From Eledone cirrhosa (taxonomy: Eukaryota), in NCBI GenBank assembly GCA_964016885.1, contig CAXHJY010001063.1, positions 62,001-126,000 of the forward strand: a stretch of DNA of 64,000 nt. The letters run 5' to 3'. Positions within the stretch are counted from its first letter, which is position 1; every line of letters begins with the position of its first letter. This document shows, one piece after another, positions 42,400-56,641 of this stretch. The translations under genes and the position numbers were made by a program. Below the pieces are notes generated by a model. It saw only the letters and a list, made by a program, of their open reading frames with translations. It had not been told where the DNA came from and ran no database searches.

Positions 42400-42760
42400 T
42401 GACACGAACCATGACGGAATGAGGAATCAATCGTTGTCTCGTATGTGGGAGCTCATGTTCAGGTCACCTCGTGGTCCCAGTAGACAGAATGGAAACTATT
42501 TTTGCGTCGGAGGATGGCGAGGGAGACGGGTTGGAATAGTCGCACCAACTTTAGTGTATCCTTCCTGCTGGTAGCCAAAACCTTCCTGATAGTAATGTGT
42601 CGGGGTGTGGTATTAGAACCTAGAACGTCGGAAGTCTCTACTACTACAAGTTTGATTATAGAACTATCGAAGAAAGACTTACTTTGATAGTTGATCACTT
42701 CGGCCTGACGAGCAGCGAAACATGAGACAATTGCCAGGTTGCCATTCAAGGAATAGTGAT
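42400..42760 (-). pseudogene. Possible highly decayed LINE AP-endonuclease fragment
   Basis: Translation NLAIVSCFAA...SFFD...LVVVETSDVLG...LAI..KNSFH....HEVT* follows the order of the RTE-EN motifs IxxYAP, FY, xxGDFNA and NTFF..HKxTW, but key residues are missing. Confidence 0.3.
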
Positions 42761-42928
42761 CACGTGAGCAGTGTGAGTTTATACAGTTTTTGTTTTATCT
42801 GACCATGTTGGATGTGTTAGTTCTGTTGACTCTCGAGTAAAAGTCATTTCCTACCTGGTCAGGTAATAAATGCTGCACAACAACCTCTGTAATTATGGTA
42901 CATAAGAATATACTGAAGACACATTGAG

Positions 42929-42962
<34 letters not shown>

Positions 42963-42987
42963 TGCATACTTATATATATATATACAC

Positions 42988-43190
42988 AATAATAATAATA
43001 ATGATACTTTCTACTTTTGGCACAAGGGCAGCAATTATCCCAGTGCATTACTGGTACTTTATTTTATCGAACCCGTAAGGATGAAAGACAAAGTTAACCT
43101 CGGCGGGATTTGAACTCATCATAAAGGGGCGTAACTCTATGCTGCAAAGCATGGCGTCCGACACTCTACCGACACTGCCAATCCACCGCA
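42988..43190 (-). mobile_element. tRNA-derived SINE, full length
   Basis: The minus strand has A-box-like tggcagtgtcgg, B-box gagttcaaatccc, core ctttcatccttacgggttcgataaaataaagtaccagt and an (ATT)n tail. A second copy lies at 43806. Confidence 0.85.
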
Positions 43191-43379
43191 ATAATAATAA
43201 TAATACAAGGATGAATGGTTAAGCCTTCATTACGTTTATTGGTTGGTGACGCGCGTTTCCCTATTGATGAGCTCAAGGTTCGATCTGTATCGATCTGGCC
43301 CGACTCTGGAATCAAAAGGTCGTCGGACCTCTGTTGTAGTGTTTTGGGTGAACCCACAGTAACATCGCGTTGCACCTGG

Positions 43380-43380
<1 letters not shown>

Positions 43381-43445
<65 letters not shown>

Positions 43446-43532
43446 ATGTATGTGTGTGTATGTGTGTGTGTGTATGTGAGTGTGTGTGTCTCTCTCTCTC
43501 TTATATATGTGTGGGAGAGAGAGAGAAAAAAA

Positions 43533-43600
<68 letters not shown>

Positions 43601-43602
43601 TG
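43381..43602. repeat. (TA)n/(TG)n/(GA)n microsatellites
   Basis: Directly visible in the sequence. Confidence 0.95.
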
Positions 43603-43805
43603 TAGGATTGGTCACCGTTTGTTACAGCTCGTTCTTCAACCGTTCGTCTTCATGACAAAGATGAAGCCCTGGGAGAAGTTTTGTTCATCATTAGGCGTCA
43701 GACATTTGAAATGTTGTGAGGTGTTCACAGTTTTGCAACTCACCTGACAACTCACCTGAGAATGTGACCGCTGAAACATCCGGCATAACATTATATGAAT
43801 AATCA

Positions 43806-43953
43806 TATGCTTTGAAGCATAGAGTTACCTCCCTTTATGATCTGAGTTCAAATCCCGCCGAGGTTAACTTTACCTTTCATCTTTACGAGATCGATAAAAT
43901 AAAGTACCAGTAATACACTGGTATTTGCTGGCCTTGTGCCAAAAGTAGAAACA
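43806..43953 (+). mobile_element. Same SINE family, 5'-truncated, with a 16-bp target-site duplication
   Basis: B-box gagttcaaatccc and the same core are present. attatatgaataatca occurs at 43790-43805 and 43954-43969. Confidence 0.88.
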
Positions 43954-44605
43954 ATTATATGAATAATCACAATTGTTTAGAACATGGCGGTGAAAATTGA
44001 ATTAAAGGCTCTCTGTATTTTGACGAGAGTTAACTGTCTAATAACAGGGCATAAGTGCTCCCATGACGGGAACACGCGTGCTGATATACAATTGTTTTAG
44101 TTATGAGGGCTTCTATTAGGCTATTAGGCTATAGTATTAGGCCATTTTCCATAGTCAAAACATGGTGAACACTTCTAATTATATGGATGTGGTTGGCCAG
44201 TTACAGGATAGAGGTAAATGTCAACTAAGTTGATTGACTTTCGGCTCAGGGACTAACAACGATTCTCTCAAATTCCTGTAAGGCAAAAAACAGTATCTAG
44301 CATGATATAGGTGATGGACAATATGGTATATATGAAATTAATCACAGTATTTGAGTTGCGATACCAGCTATTTGCTTGGGATAAAAAAATACGGCATCCG
44401 TGACATGAGACAAAATACATAAAGAGCGGCATATCGATTTCTGTTAGAGCTGTATAGAATCACTTATGTCAAAGTAGAATATGAGTTGAGAAAACAGAGT
44501 AGAGAGCCCTCGGTTGGACATTGTTTAATTCAGAGAATATTCCCATATACGTTATCTATTAGGTGAACAGACATAATTCTGTGGACTTTTGAATGTTTTT
44601 ACAGT

Positions 44606-47381
<2,776 letters not shown>

Positions 47382-47423
47382 ATATGAAATATAAGAATCA
47401 AAGAACTGTTCAAAACATTATTG

Positions 47424-47470
47424 TGCTTACAGCTGTTTCCTCCAAACCGAGGTTTGGATTCTTCGGAGCA
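47424..47470 (-). ncRNA. Hammerhead ribozyme variant, family A, in the inverted pLTR
   Basis: Exact reverse complement of 48950-48996. Confidence 0.75.
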
Positions 47471-48949
47471 ATTTATTAATGCATGGACAGTTATATGACC
47501 TCCTTTTCAGCCGAGAGACATACCAATACATATTCAAACATTGATACATATTCAAACATTGGGGGTCAACATTCATTACAGAATTTAGAGTGGCAGTACA
47601 CACTTCGAGATTACATTTATATTAATAGGTACAATCAAAAATCAAAGATATAGGTTAAAGTACAACATGAAGATAAGTGTTTATATAGTGCAAATGTTAT
47701 ATGTGTGGCACGCATGTGCGTCTTGTTTATATAGTGTGGCAGAGAGATATGTGTGGTAGAGGCACTTAGGTAGGTAAATAAGAGTGTTAGGTTGGTAGAT
47801 CTGGTGGCAAAGTCTTTATATGATTGATATAGTCTGTGTGTGGAGAAATATTATAAGCATTAAAGATAGTGCAAGCATTAAAAGTGTTATAAGTATTGGA
47901 GATGCACAGCGCAGGGATGTCAAGTAATTCATGTACTTCGGCATTTTCATGGTCAAGGGAGTGTATATTTCGATTATATGCCTTTCACATAATCCACGAC
48001 AATTCAGTTAGAGATCGTAGTCTGGTGTTCTTTAGTTCGATACAGGAGGTTGTTACGTTTCGAGAGACGCCATTGAATACCGGAAGTGTGTGTGTGGGTA
48101 AGGGGAGTTAATGCATGCGGGGAGGTAACTCTGGGGTTTCTATATCTAGCCATTAAAATGTGTCCCAATATAGACCCTAAATTCTATGGTGAGGTGCACC
48201 TTCCAAGAGAGACTTTTAAAGCATAAAGTGTACTAACTATAGAGTAGTTTAACTAAATTATGCTGAAGGTGATCATATTATTATTAAGGTGGATTAACCC
48301 ATCTTAAGGTGCTACAAATGGAAATTATAGATGATGAGCGAGGATTCTAAATTAATGATCTCTGTGGTTGTAGTCTGCTCATATGACCAGGCGCGGTGAT
48401 TGCAGGATTGCTTCAGGACCCAATGATCTCTGGTAAGATCTGGGTCATCGCTTGCTACATTGGATGTCGAAAGATAATCGTCCCCAGGCAGGCCAAAGGT
48501 CAATCCGCAGTCCTCGCGACCCAATACTTATAACACTTTTAATGCTTGCACTATTTTTAATGCTTATAATATTTCTCCACACACAGACTATATCAATCAT
48601 ATAAAGACTTTGCCACCAGATCTACCAACCTAACACTCTTATTTACCTACCTAAGTGCCTCTACCACACATATCTCTCTGCCACACTATATAAACAAGAC
48701 GCACATGCGTGCCACACATATAACATTTGCACTATATAACCACTTATCTTCATGTTGTACTTTAACCTATATCTTTGATTTTTGATTGTACCTATTAATA
48801 TAAATGTAATCTCGAAGTGTGTACTGCCACTCTAAATTCTGTAATGAATGTTGACCCACAATGTTTGAATATGTATCAATGTTTGAATATGTATTGGTAT
48901 GTCTCTCGGCTGAAAAGGAGGTCATATAACTGTCCATGCATTAATAAAT

Positions 48950-48996
48950 TGCTCCGAAGAATCCAAACCTCGGTTTGGAGGAAACAGCTGTAAGCA
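48950..48996 (+). ncRNA. Minimal type-I hammerhead ribozyme variant (CCGAAGA core), family A, 5' pLTR
   Basis: TGCT-CCGAAGA-aTCCAAACC.tc.GGTTTGGAg-GAAA-CAGCTG-TA|AGCA. Stem III ACAGCTGT is palindromic. Confidence 0.78.
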
Positions 48997-49245
48997 CAAT
49001 AATGTTTTGAACAGTTCTTTGATTCTTATATTTCATATAACTGCTCTGTAAATCATCTGATGTTTTTACATTGAGCTACTTAACTTACTGGTAATAAGGT
49101 AGTAATACATTACTGCCTACCACTATTTAGGGTGTGTGTAAAATACTTACAACTGCTTAAGGTTTTGTGTTTACATAACCATAAATAGTATAACTAATAC
49201 TATTAACTGCTCCATATCGTTGAGCTGACATATAATATTGCCAAT

Positions 49246-51705
49246 ATGCTAATCAAAGACCAACTCCCCATGTCAACCAAGAACATACCAATACCATCCA
49301 GGAATACATATGAGAAATTGCTGATCGACAGTGTAAATTCATTTATCAATAGAGTGAGATGGAGGACATTCCATTATGATAGAAACAAATCTAACAACTT
49401 GAATAATACTAACAATTTTGACTCCTTCGGCTTTAAAACCTTTAAAAGCCCCCCTCATAACACTCTACTTAACTCCTTTGAAAATGACCTAGTTAAACTA
49501 GTTAAGAACATTAAATACAATAAGCACCATATTAGAAGCAACACCTTCTTAAACAAACTTAACACTTCTATTAGTGGATTCAAAACTAGTAATAAAATTA
49601 TTGTACACGCAGATAAAACTAATAACATATACAGCCTAGATTATATTACTTATAGAAAGTTTATATATAATGAACTACATAAAAGCTACAAAAAAACCAC
49701 CTTGAAAAACTTAGAAGATATTAATGTAGAGGGTTATAATATAGTGTCTAAACTAGGACTACAGAGGCATACACAACCTTTCACTCCGAACCCCCCTAGA
49801 TTCTCTCTGAAGGACCATAAGGAGAACTTCATCAGCAACCCCACGATAAGACTTATCTGCCCTTCCAAGTCCGACATTGGTATTATCAGCAAGAAGATTT
49901 TGGATAAAATCATCCCACAAATTAAACACAAGATACACCTTAAACAATGGGGAAATACGGGTGAAGTAATTGAATGGTTTAAGGATATCAAGAATAATAA
50001 GAACAAAAAATTTATTCAATTTGATATCAATTCATACTACACCTCTATTTCCCCTATCATATTAAATAAGGCACTTATCATGGCCATGACCAATAGCGAC
50101 CTGACTAGAGCCCAGGTTGATGTCATCCTTGCGGCCCGTAAAACCATAATCACCTTCGAGGACCAACTATGGACACGCAAGGATACGCACAACAACTTCG
50201 ACATAACCATGGGATCTAGTGACTCGGCGCAGGTCACTGATTTGGTCGGCCTATACCTCCTCAATGAAATCCATAAAGACCTCCCTTACCTCAACGGTGG
50301 TTTGTACCGCGATGATGCACTTCTACTCATAGAATATAAAAAATTTAATATAGAAAGAACTAGAAAACAACTGCATAAGACATTCAAAAACTTTAACCTT
50401 AGTATCACCATGGACAAAAACACTAAAAATGTTAACTTCCTAGACGCCACACTATACCTAGACTCAAAAATATATACACCCTTCCATAAGCCTAATGAGA
50501 AACTTATTTACGTAGATACCAAGTCTAATCACCCTAGATCAATATTAAACTCTATCTCTAAGGGGGTGTCCAATAGAATCTCTAGTCTGTCCTATGACGC
50601 AAACATATTTAGCAAAAACTCACAATATTACAATCAAGCATTAGCTAGCTCCGGCCATAATATAGAAATTGAGTTCCTACCTAAGAAAACACATAGCTAC
50701 AACATCATCTCGCACAACATGTCCATGAGGAAATCTAATAATAGGAATAGCAACCACAAGTACACCAAAGCCGAGGGTGCCACCGGAAGTAACCATTACC
50801 ATGGAAACTACTGTGAGGCCTTAGGAGGAAGCAACACACCAAACACTAAAAGCAAAAATAGAAGAAGAAATAATACATTTTTCAACCCTCCTTTCAACCT
50901 AAATGTCTCCACCAACATACCTAGGGCTTTCTTCTCACTACTAGATAAAAACTTCCCTCTAGGACACAAGTACCACAACCTCTTAAACAAAAACACCATT
51001 AAAATTTCATACTCTACGACGCCTAACTTAGCATACCACATAGCTAGCAGCAATAATAGTAAAATTAGTTCTTACTTCCAACAAACAAAATCACAACGGG
51101 ATGCAAACCCTCTAAATACCACTGTAGCAAGCAACAATAGCAACGGCAGTAACAATAGAAATAACACTAGTATAAGTAATAACACCAGGGTTGTCAACCT
51201 GAACACCCAAAATCCTATATCCACCACACAGACTTCCGCATTGCATTATAACCAGCGGACTAACGCACAGAATAATTGTAACTGTAGAGCTAATAGAACC
51301 TGCCCTTTAGATAAAAAATGCCTAACCAAGGATGTCATATACTCATGCACAGTCACGACTAATAACTCTTCAGAAACCTATGTAGGCTCCACTTCTAACT
51401 GCTTCAAAATTAGATATAACTCGCACATCCACTCGTTCAAAAAGCACAGCCTAGCCAACTCCACCTCACTTTCTAGCTACATACACTATCTAAAATCTAA
51501 AAATAAACCATACACACTCAAATGGGAAGTGATAGGCAGCGCGACCTCGTACAAACCACCTAATAAATTCTGTAACCTCTGTATACTAGAGACACACAAT
51601 ATTATCTTCTCCAACCGTAACCTACTTAACAAAAAATCTGAGGTGTTTGCAACTTGCCAGCACCGCCTCAGACATTCCTTCCAAAACTTTAAGCCCTATA
51701 TATAG
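49246..51705 (+). CDS. Penelope-like polyprotein: reverse transcriptase + GIY-YIG endonuclease (819 aa)
   Basis: Uninterrupted ORF. RT motifs: ADKT, RLI.P, FIQFDINSYYTSI, ITMGS, GGLYRDD, VNFLD. Linker CNC-x5-C-x5-C. Endonuclease VIY...YVGST..F.IRY..H. C-terminal CNLC...CQHR. Confidence 0.95.
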   Translation: MLIKDQLPMSTKNIPIPSRNTYEKLLIDSVNSFINRVRWRTFHYDRNKSNNLNNTNNFDSFGFKTFKSPPHNTLLNSFENDLVKLVKNIKYNKHHIRSNTFLNKLNTSISGFKTSNKIIVHADKTNNIYSLDYITYRKFIYNELHKSYKKTTLKNLEDINVEGYNIVSKLGLQRHTQPFTPNPPRFSLKDHKENFISNPTIRLICPSKSDIGIISKKILDKIIPQIKHKIHLKQWGNTGEVIEWFKDIKNNKNKKFIQFDINSYYTSISPIILNKALIMAMTNSDLTRAQVDVILAARKTIITFEDQLWTRKDTHNNFDITMGSSDSAQVTDLVGLYLLNEIHKDLPYLNGGLYRDDALLLIEYKKFNIERTRKQLHKTFKNFNLSITMDKNTKNVNFLDATLYLDSKIYTPFHKPNEKLIYVDTKSNHPRSILNSISKGVSNRISSLSYDANIFSKNSQYYNQALASSGHNIEIEFLPKKTHSYNIISHNMSMRKSNNRNSNHKYTKAEGATGSNHYHGNYCEALGGSNTPNTKSKNRRRNNTFFNPPFNLNVSTNIPRAFFSLLDKNFPLGHKYHNLLNKNTIKISYSTTPNLAYHIASSNNSKISSYFQQTKSQRDANPLNTTVASNNSNGSNNRNNTSISNNTRVVNLNTQNPISTTQTSALHYNQRTNAQNNCNCRANRTCPLDKKCLTKDVIYSCTVTTNNSSETYVGSTSNCFKIRYNSHIHSFKKHSLANSTSLSSYIHYLKSKNKPYTLKWEVIGSATSYKPPNKFCNLCILETHNIIFSNRNLLNKKSEVFATCQHRLRHSFQNFKPYI

Positions 51706-53130
51706 CAATGTCGGACTGGAACCTAACACCACATCTAGCATCAAACACCAGAGACACACCCTATACTACATACCCAACACTAGCTGATCCATTATAACAC
51801 AAACAACGACATCCCTCTGGAACCCTTCGCAGGGAAAATACCCATTTATACCTCTACGGCAGGTGTGACAACATCCACCCACCTGGACGGCACTACACCG
51901 CTCTAAGGGTAATTTGAGCATGTATTGATCGGTTGGATGGTGTTGGGCAGAGGAAACACCTTCCTTAGACAGATGTAAAATGATTTAATCGAGTAGCGCT
52001 GTTGACCAGTAGGACCAGGCTGCTGAGCGCAGTGAGTGAATGCAATGCAACTGCCGTGCGGGTTGTACGTATATGGATGATCTGACGGTCAGAGAGTGGT
52101 CGCGAGGACTGCGGATTGACCTTTGGCCTGCCTGGGGACGATTATCTTTCGACATCCAATGTAGCAAGCGATGACCCAGATCTTACCAGAGATCATTGGG
52201 TCCTAAAGCAATCCTGCAATCACCGCGCCTGGTCATATGAGCAGACTACAACCACAGAGATCATTAATTTAGAATCCTCGCTCATCATCTATAATTTCCA
52301 TTTGTAGCACCTTAAGATGGGTTAATCCACCTTAATAATAATATGATCACCTTCAGCATAATTTAGTTAAACTACTCTATAGTTAGTACACTTTATGCTT
52401 TAAAAGTCTCTCTTGGAAGGTGCACCTCACCATAGAATTTAGGGTCTATATTGGGACACATTTTAATGGCTAGATATAGAAACCCCAGAGTTACCTCCCC
52501 GCATGCATTAACTCCCCTTAGCCACACACACACTTCCGGTATTCAATGGCGTCTCTCGAAACGTAACAACCTCCTGTATCGAACTAAAGAACACCAGACT
52601 ACGATCTCTAACTGAATTGTCGTGGATTATGTGAAAGGCATATAATCGAAATATACACTCCCTTGACCATGAAAATGCCGAAGTACATGAATTACTTGAC
52701 ATCCCTGCGCTGTGCATCTCCAATACTTATAACACTTTTAATGCTTGCACTATCTTTAATGCTTATAATATTTCTCCACACACAGACTATATCAATCATA
52801 TAAAGACTTTGCCACCAGATCTACCAACCTAACACTCTTATTTACCTACCTAAGTGCCTCTACCACACATATCTCTCTGCCACACTATATAAACAAGACG
52901 CACATGCGTGCCACACATATAACATTTGCACTATATAACCACTTATCTTCATGTTGTACTTTAACCTATATCTTTGATTTTTGATTGTACCTATTAATAT
53001 AAATGTAATCTCGAAGTGTGTACTGCCACTCTAAATTCTGTAATGAATGTTGACCCACAATGTTTGAATATGTATTGGTATGTCTCTCGGCTGAAAAGGA
53101 GGTCATATAACTGTCCATGCATTAATAAAT

Positions 53131-53177
53131 TGCTCCGAAGAATCCAAACCTCGGTTTGGAGGAAACAGCTGTAAGCA
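53131..53177 (+). ncRNA. Hammerhead ribozyme variant, family A, 3' pLTR
   Basis: Identical to 48950-48996. Confidence 0.78.
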
Positions 53178-53602
53178 CAATAATGTTTTGAACAGTTCTT
53201 TGATTCTTATATTTCATATAACTGCTCTGTAAATCATCTGATGTTTTTACATTGAGCTACTTAACTTACTGGTAATAAGGTAGTAATACATTACTGCCTA
53301 CCACTATTTAGGGTGTGTGTAAAATACTTACAACTGCTTAAGGTTTTGTGTTTACATAACCATAAATAGTATAACTAATACTATATATACATATATATAT
53401 ATACATATATATATACATATATATATATACATATATATATATACATATATATATAGATTTTGAGTTTGTGTTGGTTGTATACCAACACCTAGTATGCCGG
53501 CTGGAGCACCCGACGAAGTGCGCAGGTTGGTTTGGTTACTCCGGAGTAGTGTAAAATAAAGTTAAATAAAAGTCAAATGAATAAAATTTAGCTTCTTTTA
53601 TT

Positions 53603-53656
53603 ACTGTTATATATATTTCAGTGACAGCCATCTTGGCTGTGACCTCTTCAGGCAGT
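53603..53656 (-). ncRNA. Hammerhead ribozyme, family B, inverted arm
   Basis: Minus strand reads ACTGC-CTGAAGA-GGTCACAGCCAAGATGGCTGTCACT-GAAA-TATATA-TA|ACAGT, with one stem-I mismatch. Confidence 0.78.
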
Positions 53657-53891
53657 TTGTATTAGTATGGTATAGACAAGTACATATGTTGTTTAGGTGT
53701 ATAATATTGTAAATACTATGATATGCCCAGTTCCTTGTTGGGTTGTTAATTCACTGGGGAACTGGAGTCATATGATATGTCTCCAGTTTACCAGTGAATT
53801 AACAACCCAACAAGGAACTGGGCATATCATAGTATTTACAATATTATACACCTAAACAATATATGTACTTGTCTATACCATACTAATACAA

Positions 53892-53945
53892 ACTGCCTGA
53901 AGAGGTCACAGCCAAGATGGCTGTCACTGAAATATATATAGCAGT
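53892..53945 (+). ncRNA. Hammerhead ribozyme, family B, direct arm
   Basis: ACTGC-CTGAAGA-GGTCACAGCCAAGATGGCTGTCACT-GAAA-TATATA-TA|GCAGT. Confidence 0.88.
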
Positions 53946-54076
53946 AATAAACGAAGCTAAATTTTAATCATTTGACTTTTATTTAACTTTATTTTACATA
54001 TATATACACATATATATATACGTATAGACATCTATATATATACATATATATATATATATATACATACATATATATA

Positions 54077-54458
54077 TGGTGGCTGCCAACTCGTTTTCGA
54101 GTACGGCCACTACTTTATATCCATGTAGGAGAACCCCTACCGATGCGCTGAACGAGTGTGACTTTTTAGTCCAGCCAGCGATTTGAAAACTCTGGTACAA
54201 ACACTACACTTGTGACAATTATTGACACATAGTGCTGGGCCCATGGTACCATGTGACGACAAGTGCAGAGAGATCTCCAGATATAAAGCAATGCCTGTGC
54301 CGTGAAGCTTTTATAGTGAGCAAAGGCACTGCACAAAGCCAGTCCCACTCTCTTAACCAAGATGATATTTACCAAAAAGAAGAACAAGTCAACATCATTG
54401 GATACCATCAGGGTTGCAGGTGTTATATCAGAGTTTTCCTTCTCCTAGAATTCTGCCT
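54077..54458 (-). mobile_element. Bipartite RTE-derived non-autonomous element, copy 1 (5'-truncated)
   Basis: Near-identical to 55949-56365 and 62934-63545. The minus strand encodes [22 protein letters not shown] (C2H2 finger). Confidence 0.8.
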
Positions 54459-54951
54459 GGAAAGAAAATGCTAATATGTATTAAGAATGATATTTAAGGG
54501 TTTAATAATATGTGCGATGGAAAGAAAATGTTGATATGTATTATTAAGAAGAACAACAGGTAATTTAAGTAAGGATATATTGTGAGATGAGCATGAATGA
54601 GTTAGATGAAAGGGAGAAAAAAAGAATGAATTGAGGATGAATAATCTAACGTAAAAAAAAATGTTTGTTTACGAAGGATTTTTACAAGGTGATATAGAGT
54701 AAGAATGTATTGTATTATGTAATAATTGATTCTATGTTAGGCAACAGTGAGAAAAGGTACAGATTAGGGGTTAGACATTAAAAAAAAAGAAAAGAAAGGG
54801 AAGTGATAATAGGAGCGATATAGAATGAGTAATAAGTATTATAGAATGTATAATAACCTTTGAAATAAGTTAGAAAGATGGGTATATTTTTAAAGAAGTA
54901 TATATATATATATGTGCCTTTGAGAAAAAGATTCTAGATTGATAAAGAATA

Positions 54952-55275
54952 TTAGCTGTATACTTTGTGGAATGTTTTGTGGAATTTATGCAAGCAGATA
55001 GAAAACAAGTCAGTGCGTCTATTTATTATAGAATCTAAATTAGATATAATGGTAAATTTTTCATTTAGACAGAGATTGCAAATTTTGGATAGAGAACTGT
55101 TCAAGTATAAAGACGCAGAAGAAACCTTCTTCCAAAAGATGCTATATTTAATATTTTTGTCTTTCAAGGAACATATGAGTTCTGAGAGAGCCGTGTTGGT
55201 TCTTTTAAGTTTGTATTTAAAAGACGAATGATGGTTATAAAGACGAGCTTTAAAAGAGGTGGAAGTGGAGCCAAT
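54952..55275 (-). pseudogene. PLE GIY-YIG endonuclease C-terminal fragment
   Basis: IGSTSTSFKARLYNHHSSF...TALS......K...YSIFW...CNLCLNEK..I.....INRRTDLFSICLH aligns by eye with the end of the 819-aa ORF. Confidence 0.88.
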
Positions 55276-55472
55276 CCTTCTCATCCTTCCTCATTATACT
55301 CCTCCTTCTCCACTTTTTACTCTCATCTCCTCCTCTTTTTCATCCTTTCCACCCCCCTTCAAAATAAAATATTTTTCCCAATATCACACATCAATCTAAA
55401 ACTACTTTTCATATGTTGATTTAAAACTGCACTATCCACAAGTGTTTTTTAACCTTCATATCATGGCTTCCT

Positions 55473-55541
55473 GTTTTATCTGATGAAAACACAAATATTA
55501 TTGCATGATGATATTTATTTTTGAAATGCGCATAATAAAAT
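55473..55541 (+). ncRNA. Minimal type-I hammerhead ribozyme, family C
   Basis: GTTTTAT-CTGATGA-aaacacAAATATTATT.gcat.GATGATATTTattttt-GAAA-TGCGCA-TA|ATAAAAT. Stem III ATGCGCAT is palindromic. Confidence 0.85.
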
Positions 55542-55758
55542 ACATGGAACTCTTTTAACCATCTTTTGTTCTTATATATTATGTATACTCCAGTTCTACA
55601 AACTGTAGAGTGCTTCTTATCCGATATCTGCATTGCTTTATTGTACTACAATAAAACTCACCTCCTACATATATACATATATATATACATATATATATAC
55701 ATATATAAATATATCTATATCTATATATACATATACATTATATATATATATGTGTATA

Positions 55759-55790
<32 letters not shown>

Positions 55791-55948
55791 CATATATCTA
55801 TATCTATATATACATATACATTATATATATATATGTGTATATATATATATATATATACATATATACATATGAAGTATGTATATATATACATATACATATA
55901 TATACATATGAAGTATATATATATATACATATACATATATATATATAT

Positions 55949-56365
55949 ATGGTGGTGGCTGCCAACTCGTTTTCGAGTACGGCCACTACTTTATATCCAT
56001 GTAGAACCCTTACCGATGCGCTGAACGAGTGTGACTTTTTAGTCCAGCCAGCGACTTGAAAACTCTGGTACAAACACTACACTTGTGACAATTATTGACA
56101 CATAGTGTTTTACCTTCGGTACCATGTGACGACAAGTGCAGAGAGATCTCCAGATACAAAGCAATGCCTGTGCCGTGAAGCTTTTATAGTGAGCAAAGGC
56201 ACTGCACAAAACCAGTCCCACTCTCTTAACCAAGATGATATTTACCAAAAAGAAGAACAAGTCAACATCATTGGATACCATCAGGGTTGCAGGTGTTATA
56301 TCAGAGTTTTCCTTCTCCTAGAATTCTGCCTTGACAAAGGCTAAGGGGTCATCTATCCCAGTGAT
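55949..56365 (-). mobile_element. Bipartite RTE-derived element, copy 2 (5'-truncated)
   Basis: Same sequence as copies 1 and 3, flanked by (TA)n. Confidence 0.8.
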
Positions 56366-56530
56366 GTATATATATATACATATATATATACATACATATA
56401 TATATATATATATACATACATATATATATACATACATATATACATATATATATATATACATACATATATACATATATATATATATAATACATATATATAT
56501 ATATACATACATATATATATATATACATAC

Positions 56531-56629
<99 letters not shown>

Positions 56630-56641
56630 CATATATATATA

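Larger units (their letters stand above)
47382..53383 (+). mobile_element. Apparently intact Penelope-like retroelement, family A (Naiad-like), with inverted 5' copy and partial-tandem pLTRs
   Basis: 47382-48521 is the reverse complement of 52098-53219, and 48521-49202 is a direct copy of 52720-53383. A single RT + GIY-YIG ORF lies between them and (TA)n flanks both ends. Confidence 0.95.
53457..53998. mobile_element. ORF-less PLE pLTR fold-back, family B copy 2
   Basis: 53550-53998 is a ~449-bp near-perfect palindrome centred at 53774. It is homologous to 32438-33072. Confidence 0.8.
54460..55668. mobile_element. PLE remnant, family C: inverted GIY-YIG/3' region followed by a plus-strand pLTR segment with a hammerhead
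   Basis: A minus-strand endonuclease ORF at 54952-55275 abuts a plus-strand segment carrying the hammerhead at 55473. That they form one element is inferred from PLE architecture. Confidence 0.65.

Noticed and set aside
42702-42738. CTGACGA-gcagc-GAAA hammerhead-like core
   Set aside because: Stem II would be 2 bp with a 1-nt loop, there is no NUH or stem III closure and no PLE context.
47896-48524. Duplicated small ORFs (71 aa and 70/63 aa) also seen at 52116-52723
   Set aside because: They start at non-ATG codons, and the duplication is explained by the inverted pLTR copy.
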